A DNA stretch of 63,697 nt, filler included, from Kipferlia bialata (lineage: Eukaryota): the NCBI GenBank assembly GCA_003568945.1. It is 4 parts of 4 records of this genome, joined end to end, with 100 filler letters (N's around TTAATTAATTAA, not from the genome) between each part and the next. Parts side by side here need not be neighbours in the genome. Positions count along the whole stretch, not along the records: positions 1 to 28,686 come from BDIP01000146.1; 3 more parts are not named here. One strand, 5' to 3'. Shown one piece after another: positions 1-12,504 of the stretch. The stretch's first letter is position 1, and every line of letters starts with the position of its first letter. The position numbers and the translations under genes are program-made. The notes under the pieces are model-generated. The model was not told where the DNA came from, did not search any database, and saw only the letters and a program-made list of their open reading frames with translations.

Positions 1-715
1 AGTTTAAATTTTCCCCTTTGTTTTTCCCCCCCCCCCCCCCCGTCCACTTCCCTCCCTCTGTTCACACTATTCTCCCAGTTTCCAGTGTCAACACCTTCTC
101 TCTCTCTCTCTCTCTCTCCATCTGCGGGTGTGACTATCTCTCTCTTACGCCCTCCGCCTGCTCAGTTCTGCGGTGGTGTCAGCACTTCTCTCTCTCTCCC
201 ACCCCCTCTCTCCCTCTGCATATATGTCTCTGTTACCTCTCCCCCCAGTCCAGCTGTGGTGTCATCACTGGTGCCAGACTGACACACAACACGGCCATGA
301 GGTGGGGGTATACATACTGTATTCACTCTATGATAGTCTCCGGTGGAGGTACCACGATGCACTGCTATATATACTACTATGTACACTACATACACACTCT
401 GTATTGATACCAGGCGTGTGTGTGGTGAGGCCTGGGGCCGGTCTCTGACACTGAGAGTGGGGCAATACCTGACAGCATTATCTGCACACAGGGAGAAGGG
501 GGGTGATGATGCATCTCCCCCTCCCCCTCCCCCTCCCCCTCCCCCTCCCCCTGTTCTCATGTGCTGTGTGCTACATGCCTTGCACGCAATGACACACCCG
601 GTATGTAGTGTATATACTGCATACTGTCTATTCCACTGACACTATGTACATTCCATATACAATGACTTCACTGTTCTCAGTATTTGCGTTTCTCTCTCTC
701 TATACCTCACCCTTC

Positions 716-3700
716 AGACCCGTCTCCACCCCTGGCTCCACCCCTCTGTCCCCACCTGTGTGGGTGTGGTACTGGCACTGGTGGCACCAGATAGACGGTA
801 TGTAGAGTACACTGTTATAGTTATCATGTGCCTTCTACTGATTGTATGTATGTCAGGAGTAGTACTTACGTGCATATATGGATCTGTTTAGCGCTGCGGT
901 GGCTCCAGACAGATGCCATGGTAATCATATACATATATGTATATGATAATGATCCCAACTGAGAAGATAGGGCTGTGTGTAGTAGAGTCTCACCCCAGTG
1001 ACCTGTACAACCTGTGCAGACGGCTCAATGACTATCACAGGTTAGTATGTTTATATATGTAGTATTATCCCTACGATCACAGGTGAGGAGGAAGGCGATG
1101 GACATATAAATACACACTATTCGGACTCTTTTACCTGGTACTTACCCTCTAGAACCCCCGAGTCTGGGCTGTGCCTGATGCTGTGCTCTGGTCCCGCAGT
1201 GTCATTGGCAGGTATATATGTGTGTGGACAGTATATACACTTGATACTATGTGGTGGATAGTGACAACCATTCATTGATTCCCAGTTTATGGATATACAC
1301 TTGCCTGTATGCACCAGGCACAGATCAAGGCACAGGGAGAGACTGATTGTAATGGGAAGGGTGGAGTCAGTGATATGGGTCAGATTGATGATGAGAGAGC
1401 CACACGGTCATTCCTGCCACCTGCCATGAGGTATGATATATGCATGTATTTGAGTGCATATTGTGTATTGTATATGCATCAATGTGTGAATACCACACTC
1501 ACCCCCACAGGTCCACCCTCATGAGAGAGTGTCTGCACAGGTGTGGGAAGGGGGTGCTGGACACGAGGTATGGAGTAGTATATTTCGATATAGTGTACTA
1601 TTGTGTGGCATAGTTCATACTTATGGGTACGCGGTCACAGTAGTATACTTGGAGGTGTCTGTATAGTATGAAGTATAGTATGAAGTATATATGAACATAT
1701 ATACTGCTTACACCAGGATCTCCCCCTACCCTTCCTCCTGTGCCTCTGACCCATCCCCTCCACCCCCCACCCTGCACCTGGTGGACAACGATGGGGAGAT
1801 GGAGGTGGGTGTAAATGTGGGATTATGCTATTCTTTCTTTGTGTGAGAGTATTTATGTATGTGCTGCTGTTGTTCCAACCCCCAGGTGCATACCAATGCC
1901 CCCCACCTCTTCTGCATACCCATGGTGCTGACCCTGGGCACACACTGCAGGGGGTACCAGGTATACATGTCACCCTCTCTCATAGAAGTCACTATCCTCC
2001 TCTATTCACTCGGACCATTATGTATATATATCACTTTATATCTGTACTATGCTATGTGGCCTTCCTATGCTCCTTATCCCCAGGATGCCGGTGTCAAGTA
2101 TGTCCTGTGTCACCCCGCGTCAGGTAAGATGAGCCTTCACTTGTATATTCATAATACTGTGAGATACCTATTGTACTTATCTCTATAATACTGTACTTCT
2201 ATACACTTAGACTACCCCCAGGCATGATGGCCCAGAGCACCATGTCCCTTTATAGATACTTATATATACCAACATATACATATACCAGTATAGTTGCATA
2301 TGTACATATGTATCTAAACCCAGGCATGATGGCCCAGAGCACCATGTCCCTTAATAGTATATGTGTATAGATGTATCAATATGTATCAATATACCACTAT
2401 ATACATATACTACCCCCCCAGGCATGATGTCCCAGAGCACCATGTCCCGGCTCATCCATCTGTCCCCATTCAGTACACGCTCTATCCAAGGAGAGGGAGA
2501 GAGGGAGGAAGAGGGAGATGAAGACACCCTCTCCCCCTACGAACTGACCATGCTCAGATGCATGGCTCTGATTGTGGGTATGTGCCACTAGTGATACGAT
2601 AAACACACATATACATATTAATCCATGTCCTCTCTCACCCCCAGGTGCCCTGCGTGAGTCCTGGGCACAGGGCGAGAGGGGGACAGGGTAGGGGATTATG
2701 AGTATATATACCGTATATATTATCTCTCACTATGAACATATATATACACATGTATCTTGTGTGTCTATGATCCCTCCCTCATGTGTAGGTATGGTGTGGC
2801 ACTGGTGCAGGGATACCTGGCAGACCCCACATCAGGTATGGGTGGTGTATATACTCCAGGTGTATACATTATAGTGTATATCTATCAATACTATGTACTC
2901 TCTACTGTGTATGATATGAGTATATACTTACCCCCCAGGCCCTGATGGCTGGGACTCCCTCTCTCTCTCTGCCACTGTATATGTATATATATATATATAT
3001 CATACGTGTATACTAACCCCCTAGGCCCCGATGGCTGGGACCCCTACTCGTTGTCTCTCTGACTCTCTGTGTGTCTCTATATACTACTTTCTATGCTATG
3101 TGGTAGGTATACCTTGTATGGTGGAGGTGTTTCCTACCCCCAGGCCCCGATGGGTGGGACCCCCTCTGTCCAGGCTATGCCCAGGGTGTGTCAACAGCAG
3201 ACGTGGCCAGTGTGTTGGTGGCATGTACGTGATATGTATATACACATATATATACATATAAGGTCATATATGTACGCACTGTCAAAGACTCATGTGCGGG
3301 TTATGAACATATATCTCTGTATCTATATGTACACAGATTGATGATGTTTCGCCAGTGTGTTTGTGGCATGTACGACTGCTACCTCGATACACGTCTCTAT
3401 ACTCCCCCACAGTCTAAGATACTCTCTAAGACCACTGGCTACTTTGTGGTTATCGCTCTCCATACTTCTCTTACACGCCAGGCTACAGTGATGATGTCTC
3501 AGTCATCCTAGACCTTGCCCTCTCCAGTGACTGTGTCCCTGCACCCTGCTACAGACATGTGGTGCAGGGGCACAAGGTATATCTATATACATATATATAT
3601 ACATATATATTATATTATATACACACTATACATACTCATACACTGTATCCATGCTACAGACACACGGTGCAGGTGCACAAGGTATACAGTATAGATATAT

Positions 3701-4207
3701 ATATAATATGTGCAGTATATATGTGACATACATACTATACCTACACATTTACTCAGTCCCTGCACCCTGCTACAGACACACGGTGCAGGGACACAAGGTA
3801 TACAGTGATTATATATATAAACAGTATATTTATGACATACACACTAAACCTAGACACACGGTACAGGGGCACAAGGTATATATATATATATATTGTATAG
3901 AGAGTATATGACATACACACTAAACCTACACATGCAGTGTGTCTCTGCTACCGACACGTGGTACAGGGGCACAAGGTATGCTAATTGTATATGTATTGTA
4001 TACAGTATATATATGACATACATACTGTACCTACACACAGTACAGGGGCACCGGGTATGTAGTATTAGTACAGTATTGCTATGTATCATCTGTGTAATCA
4101 TCTACTCCCCAGGCCCTGTCCCCCTGTGCTGTTGAGAGGTATAGTAGGGTGTGTGGACAGACACTGCCACAGGCATACCTGAGGGCAGCAGAGCACAGGT
4201 ACAGTCA

Positions 4208-4238
<31 letters not shown>

Positions 4239-5714
4239 GAGATTAATACGTATATACGTGTATACCTGAGAGGCATACCTGAGGGCAGCAAAGCATAGGT
4301 ATTGTAATAATATATATGTATATATATGTATATATTAATGAGATTAATACGTTTATACATGCATACCCTAGAGACATGCATTAGGGCAGCTGAGCATAGG
4401 TACTGTCATTTCTCCGTGTATACATATTTATGACATATATGTGAGATAGGTATATGTATATCCAGTCACTGCCACAGGTATACCTGAGGGCAGCTGAGCA
4501 CAGGTATAGATTGTAATGGAGAATGCACATGCGCAATGCGTATTTACTCATACGACACATACACTCACCACCAGTGTCCATGCTCCAATGCACTGGAACA
4601 CTTCCACTGCCCCATACAGACCAGTGTCAGACTGGGGGGACAGGTACTATGTATTAGCACTCTCTCTCTATATGAATACATANNNNNNNNNNNNNNNNNN
4701 NNNNNNNNNNNNNNNNNNNNNNNNNNNNNNNNNNNNNNNNNNNATATACCAATACCTGCTGTCCCATACAGACCAGTGGCAGACTGGGGGGACAGGTAAC
4801 ATATATATATATATACACACTACACATTCATTAGTATAGTGTATCTATAGATTCTTCCATATATTCATATGTGTACCGCTCACCCTAGGTTCTCCCCCGT
4901 GCCTGTCGGTGCACCCATCCATCCCATACCGGCATCAACACTGAGTGTGAGTGGACTCGTTGTATGTGTATCTCTATAACACTGGATCAAGTATCACTTT
5001 GGCTCTGAGGATGCTGTATATTGATACCTCTGTGTCGTATGCTATACCGGCATCAACACTGAGTGTGAGTGGGGTGTATACACCACTGTTACTCTTGTCT
5101 GATGCCACTTGATATACCAAGATTTCATGTTCTTACACTAGTCGTTGCTAACCCCCGGGTCATATTTATATGTATGTGTATATTACAGATATCCATCTGA
5201 CCCTCAGGTCAGAGTCCATGCCCTACTCTGCATGGTGGCAAATATATATGTATATAGGGTGTATTGTATATGTTTTTATAGGTTATATACATAGTACACG
5301 TAGCATAGTAACCCCCAGGTGCGTGTGCATGCCCTACTCTGCATGGTGGCATGTGGGTGGTGGGACAGGTCATACAGGTATGGTGTATGTTACTGGTATA
5401 TACATATGAGTATCAGCATCATCCACCCACTCTCCCCCTTACCCCAGGCTTCTAGTGCACTGGCTACCTCCCAGTACTGATATACCATGTGTGAGGGTAG
5501 AGTATGCACAGACAGTGGCTGGGGGGACATATAGGTATGTACACTGTTAGACAGAGTTGTCTTGATGGTGAATAGATTATGCCCAGACGGTGGCTGGGGG
5601 GACTTGTATAGGTAGTGAATATTTTCATAGTGTACAGTAATGTGTATACCCATTCTCACAGTCCCTGACCCACAGAGAGATGAGACGCCTGTTGACCCAG
5701 TGGTTGAAGGGTGA
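716..5714 (+). CDS. Multi-exon hypothetical protein (partial, approximate limits)
   Basis: A series of short GC-rich blocks flanked by ...CCCCAG acceptors and GTAT/GTGG donors on the + strand. They translate e.g. TRLHPWLHPSVPTCVGVVLAL, DLYNLCRRLNDYH, GMMSQSTMSRLIHLSPF, DDVSVILDLALSSDCVPAPCYRH. No family motif recognised. Confidence 0.5.
3535..4059 (+). repeat. Degenerate exon-end + donor repeat (about 6 copies) with TA-rich spacers
   Basis: Unit ~TGCTACAGACA(C/T)(A/G)(C/T)GGTGCAGGGGCACAAG|GTAT at ~3545, 3652, 3768, 3853, 3946 and 4032. Confidence 0.9.
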
Positions 5715-6032
5715 GACAGATGGAGATACTGGATAACATACCGATGTGGGAGGAGAGAGAGTAGTACACAGTGCCTGAAGGGCAAGGGGGATACAGAGTG
5801 TCAATGAGCAACGAGAGAGACAGGTATATTCACAGTTTCTTAGGGATCCCAGCTTCCATTTACGCAGTACGGCACCTATTAGACAGTAATCATCAAATAG
5901 ACCTGGTTTCGTACTTCAGTTGTGTGACAAGTATCTATGTTTGCATCAATAGTCTATTACGAGCCCCTCACCATGCAATATTTGGCATGTTCTTCCTTGC
6001 TACAACCCTAAGGCAAAACGATGTCAAGGCTA

Positions 6033-6063
<31 letters not shown>

Positions 6064-6064
<1 letters not shown>

Positions 6065-9000
6065 TACTCCCCATAGTGCACTATGAGGTCACAGCTATCA
6101 TCCATGTCGGTGAAGGGCAGGACAAGGACAGAGGCAGTGGTATCAACCTGGGGTTAGTGTACTACTCATATACTTACATATATATACATATATGTGTATC
6201 ATCCATGTCGGTGAATGGGAGGATGATGGCAGAGGCAGTGGTATCGACCTAGCGTCAGTGGAGTATACAAATGTATAGAGAGAGCGAGCGAGCGAGCGAG
6301 AGAGAGAGATCGCTCTGTGAAGGGTAAGATGATGGCAGAGGCGGTGGTGTCGACCTGGAGTTAGTGTACTCATACTAATTGATATATACATATATGTGTA
6401 TCATCCATGTCTGTGAAGGGCAGGACAATAACAGATGCAGTAGTATCAACCTGAGTCAGTGTACTACTCATATACATATTCATATATATATACATATATG
6501 TATATGTATCCTCCATGTCGGTGAAGGGTAGGACAATGACAGAAGCAGTGGTGTCGACCTGGAGTTAGTGCACTCCTATACTTATTTATATATACATAAT
6601 TGTGTATCATCCCTGTCGGTGAAGGGTCGATCTGGGGAGTAAGGGAGAGACAAGAAAGAAACACATATACCCACACACACATACAGAGAGAGAGAGAAGA
6701 GATGAAAGGGGATAAATGCACTACTACTCTATACCTCCTCCACGGTTGGTGCCCCATAGACTGGGTACATGTAAGAAAAGACATGCATACTCATATATAT
6801 ATATAGTACCGGTTCAATAAAACATGATACAAATATGTATTTTTGCATATATGTACAAGAGCGTACCTCCACCACGGTTGGTGCCCCGTACACCGGGTAC
6901 ATGGGACTGTTAGATGCTGCTATGGACAGATGCAGAGTGGCATGGGGCTGGAGGGACCAGGAGACATTCCACAGGTCAACCTGGGGTGAGAGAATATATC
7001 ACTAGAGATACATGACTATTAAGTATCAGTACCAGTAGATAGGGAGAGAGACAGAGGGACATTCCACAGGTCAGCCTCGGGTAAAGGCAGGATATCCATA
7101 GTTATGAATCAATAGACAGGGGTATACTGGCCTAATGACTATATGGGAGATACTCTATATACACCCAGTGTATGTTTAACTCTACATTTGCATATACACT
7201 CTGTGTGACTCACCGGCACCACCAGCCACTCCCCAGGTATGACAGGGGATGGAGTGCCAGAGGCTAGGCTGAGTCTGGTCACACCCCTAGGAGTGAGTAT
7301 GTGTGATAGTAACACATGTAAATGAATAGACAGTATATAGTAAACTATTCCTCAGTATAAGTCTGGTCACACCCCTGGGGGTGAGTATGTACATCGATTG
7401 ATAGTCAATAATCAATGCATGTATTCAGTGTGAGTCTGGGAACATCCGCTAGAGAGTGAATGAGTGAGTGAGTGATACAATAATAGCCTTTCCCATACCT
7501 AGTGAGCAGCACCCTCTAGCCCTGCTCATCTACCTCAGTCAATGATAGATGACCCCCATATATATATATATATATATTACTATATCATCTACCAGGACAT
7601 ATAGAAGGTGTGACAAGTCACACCCACCTAGTCAGGAGAACCCTCCCGCCCTGTGCATCCACCTCACTGAGTGCCACATGGAGGTCAAGGTCAGTGGCAG
7701 TGGAGACACGTACCTGGGTGTAAGTAGTATATGTATATATGTATATATATGTATATATCCAGTAGATGTATATATATATGTGGAGGTCAAGGTCAGTGGC
7801 AGACAGGACACGGAGCTAGACATGAGTGGAATACGCACACATAGAGACTCGTTCCATATATAGATCAACTCACCCTTATCTGCGCCCCCACCCTCCCCAT
7901 GAGTGTGGCCAGATCAGACACAGAGTCAGTGTCAATGTACACATCGACCTGGGCGTGTAAGAAAGACTGGAAATAGGGTATAGTGAACAGTATATAGTGA
8001 TATGTCACACACATATATACCACACCTGGTCCCCCATGCCCGTGTCTGGGTCACTCTCATGCTCTCTCTCTCTATATTTATATATATATATTAACAATGA
8101 CATACTATATACCCCACCTGGTCCCCCATCCCCGTGTCTGGGTCTGTATTAGTGGGTGGCTGGGTCCAGGCACCACACGTCTCATAGCTAGGGGGTAAGG
8201 AATGGATATACAATAAGTAACAAAACAGTATCGTCTATGCGACGTCCACGAATGTGTGCCCCCCCTCTTGCATGAATACTAGATACAGTCCTTATAGAAG
8301 AACTGAGACGTACGCGAATGTGTGTCCCCCCACCGTGACTCTGGGTGCCAGGGGGTTGTGCTCGAAGGAGAGAGAGGGGGAACCCGAGAAGGGGTACAGG
8401 GGGACTGGGGGTTAGAGGCAGAGATATACATACAGTACAGTATTCCTTGTAGGAGCACTTGACACAGTTCCACACGTGATGTCCTAGTATATGTATATGA
8501 TACATATATATACATCTACATACATACCCGGTGTGTGCTCTGCCTGCACTGGCCAGTCACATGTGTACCAGGCCCTGCCCACGCCCATCCCAAGAGAGTG
8601 CACCCAGACCTGGTGTGAGTGCATTGAGTACACAGTAATACATAAGTAGCAAATATAAATGAGAACACACATATATATATATACTACCCCTACCTGTGCC
8701 TGCCTTATGGTGGGTGGCACTGCCCCTGGGTTGAGGCTGGACAGGTATGCACCCCCTACCCCCTGCACACACATGTCTAACATGGTGAGGGCAAGGGGGT
8801 CCCAGGTGGTGAGGGACCGCGCTACAGCAACCTGAGGTAAGCATATAGTGGGGAGAGAGAGAGTAAGAGAGGGCAAGGGGGTCCCAGTCAGTTGGAGACC
8901 TGGAAATGGCTACCTGGGATATGAGATACAAATACATGTATGTACCAAACCTGGAAGTGGCTACCTGCATAAGACACACACATAATATCGGACATGTACT

Positions 9001-11779
9001 AAATAGTACACTCGGTTACATGCGCACCCTACCTCTGTGATGCACCCTGCTATAACATTACCCAGGTACATGCCGGTGGAGGCACCGCCTGAGTGTGAGC
9101 GCAATCAGCATATATATATATATATATATACATATATACATATATGGAACGTAGTCTTGTAGGCCTTCGTCCCTCACCCCTCATAGGTCGAGCATACACA
9201 CACATATATATATATATACCTCTCTCTTGTACCCCCTCCTCATCTACAGTGCAGTGTCCCCCATAGTCCATGACCAGGTAGGTGGCAGCGGAGAGGGGGG
9301 CAGAGACGTTGTCTGAATGTGAGAGGAAGAGAGAGGGGGGAGGGGGAGAGAGAACACAACACAGGTGGCAGCAGATAGGGCAGAAGAACTGTCTATGGTT
9401 ATCAAGCCGGAACCTAGAGGGCGAGAGATGATATGAGAGATGACAATGGGCAGGTTATAGAGAGAAAGGGGAGAGTTATCTGACAGTAAGAGACCGTGAG
9501 TCCCCACCCTTGTAACACTCGTATGCATCGAGTGAGTATCTCTGGAACATGTCGTATGCCCCTGTCACATGCACAGAGGGCCATGTCACGGCAGAGCAGC
9601 CCTGAGGGTGGGTATAAATACTGCAACTCTATAATACTACGTTATACTATATGTACTATCTAGACCTCCTGAGTCATCTTGATCCACCGTGGCACTGTGG
9701 ATGCATACACTATCAATACACAATACATTCTACAGTAATACACATTATACTATCAATACCCTTACCTCTTCTGTCATCTTGATCCCACCCCCTGGCACAG
9801 CAGATGGGTCACCGGACATTAGTGCCTCAAGGAGGGTCTGCAGAAACTGGGGCTCACCTGAAGGTTATGAAGTATACATGTACAATCAGGGGAAGAGAGG
9901 GGGAGAGAGAGATGGGGCTATCAACAGAGCATCCCTTCACCCACCTATGGATGTGAGCCATGTGTACGTGGCATACTGTCTGAAGCTCCCTCCCTGGGGT
10001 GAGCGTCAGTTAACAACAAGAGAGCCTAAATGAGAGCCTAAATGAAGTTCACCAACATGAATATGCATGTAGTAGGGTATGGTACCTGTGTCACCCAGCC
10101 GTAAATATAGATAGGTAGTACTCAACATATATTCATATTAATAATGAATATATATACGGCATGTAGCCGAGTCACTCTACATGGATACATATTTATGATA
10201 CACTATTCAATACGGCGTGTACCTGTGTGACCCATCCGACCAGGTCCCCGGTGGCTACACAGGTGGCCTGGGAGTAAGACAAACAAAGAGAGGGAAAGAA
10301 CAGACACAACGCCACACCACTACACACCTGTCCAATGACATCGTCCATGGCTGTGATGACTGGGTCTACTGCAAGGGAGAGGTACTGGCCAATGCCATCC
10401 CCAGAGCATCCTGGGGGTGAGGTAGAGATATGGATACATATTACTGGACCAGAGCAGCCTGAAGATTAAGAAGAGATAGACTATATGACAAACATTTGAG
10501 ACCACCAGAGCAGCCTGGGGGTGAGGGAAATGGAGAAGGGGAGAGAGACCTGACACCATTGGGTGGAAGAATGAAAGGTGTGTCTACAGATATGGCAGTG
10601 TAATAGTAATGCAGTAACATGGTATATACCCTATACCTGCTGTGATGACTCCCAGGTCTGACCAGGACTGGGACATGATGTCCTGGGGTGGGGGAGAGTA
10701 ACTGTAGAGAGATATATACACACATATATAGGTCAGGTGGATCTACTATCTATATATAGACTGGGGATACCTCGATGACTGCTGCGACATCTGTGGGTGC
10801 CTGAGCCCATGCATCGAAGGACCCAGTGCTGAGGCCCTTGCCCCTGGGGGGTGAGACTATTATACATGACTATATATCATATACACTGTATACTGTATAG
10901 ACCACACTGCATATATATTATATATCACTATAATACAGGGAGAGGCAATGGAGATTCTAGCCCTTAAGAGGTAGTGGGAGAGGAACGACATAGTAAAATA
11001 GGCTCGCTCTCTACAATCTATACATAATGTCCTTGCCCATGATGTGTGTTGACTCTCTCTCTCTCTCCACACACACATACTCTAACACACACATATATAT
11101 ATATATACCTAATGTCCATGCCAACGATGTGTGTAGACTCCTCCACCCCTGGGAACAGAGAGAGTACAGTGTCACTGGAGACAGCTGTCATGGCATCGTA
11201 GGGGGTGATCACTGGGGTGAGTGGATTCATATAGTTAGTCCCTGTATACATATGCACATCCACATATCTATATGTGTGTATATGTTAATGAATTGGCTGT
11301 CACTGTGTCCCCACCTAGCAGGACAGGCCTTGGGTCGGTGGACAGGTCCCGACGGTCTGCAATGTGAGCAGTGTTAGATAGAGACAAGGGAATAAGAGAG
11401 AGAGAGAGACAGAGACAGAGAGAGAGAGAGAGGAAGAGAGAAGAAGGAGAATCCACTCACAGTAGTGCAGCAGTGTGCCGTCCTCAGTCTCCACATAGGA
11501 GGAGCGGGGGTCCTGGGCATTAGATGGACAGTGGCTATATATACAGGAATATACATCTGGGTCTATCTGTAGATATGGTGAGCCACAGTGTTCGACAGTA
11601 GAGGGTGACAGCAATAGGACACCTAATGTCATTGTTTCACTAAGATATGACATGCGTATATCATATGCGATATGTACCTCGTTGACCAGTGCATATGTGC
11701 CACATCCATCTATCTCTATGGTGGGTGGACATCCAACTGGGGTGGGGGGGCACTCCTGGCACACCTGGGGTATGGGGTC

Positions 11780-11813
<34 letters not shown>

Positions 11814-12332
11814 GTATGACTGACTGAACACCGTATATGAATGGATATCTGGTCCCAAAACAAACAGAAAGGTATGAGCGGTATTTCTGTAGGTGTGTCT
11901 ATGCACCTCAGCATCCTCCCCGCACAGGTATATGATGTCAGAGGTGAGGGGGGTGCACTCAAGGGCAAGGTTGCACTGCACACGGACCTCCTGGGGGTAA
12001 GAGATAGGTAGATACATAGGGAGAGAGAGAGATGGTGGGAGAGAGAGAGAGAGAGATGGAGAGATGGAGAGTACCTCGAGGTGTGGAAGATCATCAAATC
12101 CAAGTGGCACACTCCCTGTGAGGTTGTTACAGGTGGAGTGGAACTCACGAAGGCTGGCCATGTCTGGAAGTTAGAGAGGCGGGAATTAGACAGAGAGACA
12201 GAGAGCGACAGAGAGAGCGACAGAGAGAGAGCGACAGAGAGAGAGAGACAGAGAGAGAGAGACAGAGAGATGCCTACCTCCGACACAGCTGGGTATCTGA
12301 CCATCAATGTGGTTGGCATCGAGGTAGAGATA
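6064..12332 (-). CDS. CocE/NonD-family (peptidase S15 / PepX_C) serine hydrolase with N-terminal plant-type LRRs and Cys-rich linker; 5' end missing
   Basis: Spliced translation. LRRs: YLYLDANHIDGQIPSCVG and MASLREFHSTCNNLTGSVPLGFDDLPHLE. Hydrolase core: RPVLLVITPY, VGMDIRGKGLSTGSFD, QSWSD, nucleophile elbow GCSGDG (~10395-10410), SVHVTGAYDMF (Asp), YLVMDYGGHC (His). C-terminal domain: DLDLHVALSEVD...LLT, PGEWLVVP, VDLWNVSWSL...LHLSIAASNSP, SVLVLPF. Stop TAG at 6064-6066. Confidence 0.85.
6098..6632 (-). repeat. Degenerate acceptor + exon-start repeat (about 6 copies)
   Basis: + strand unit ATCCATGTCGGTGAAGGG...GCAGTGGT(A/G)TC(A/G)ACCT at ~6100 (real terminal exon), 6200, 6315, 6403, 6512 and 6609. 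Confidence 0.9.
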
Positions 12333-12358
12333 CTAGGGGTCAGGGGTGTGGAGAGAGA

Positions 12359-12361
<3 letters not shown>

Positions 12362-12434
<73 letters not shown>
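12362..12434. repeat. Poly-G homopolymer tract (likely mis-join point)
   Basis: ~70 nt of almost pure G, lying between exons of two unrelated proteins. Confidence 0.9.
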
Positions 12435-12435
<1 letters not shown>

Positions 12436-12504
12436 TAGACACACATTAATAGGGTATCAATATCTTCTCCCAGTTATACATCAATACCAATACACCCACT
12501 ATAC

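Noticed and set aside
3535..4059. CRISPR-like repeat-spacer appearance
   Set aside because: Repeats are degenerate exon ends with splice donors, spacers are low-complexity TA-rich intron sequence, there are no cas genes, and the context is eukaryotic.
11315..12449. 375-aa and 122-aa ORFs with poly-Pro/poly-Gly and SLSL/RERE runs
   Set aside because: Translations of G/C homopolymers and (GA)n microsatellites that read through introns.
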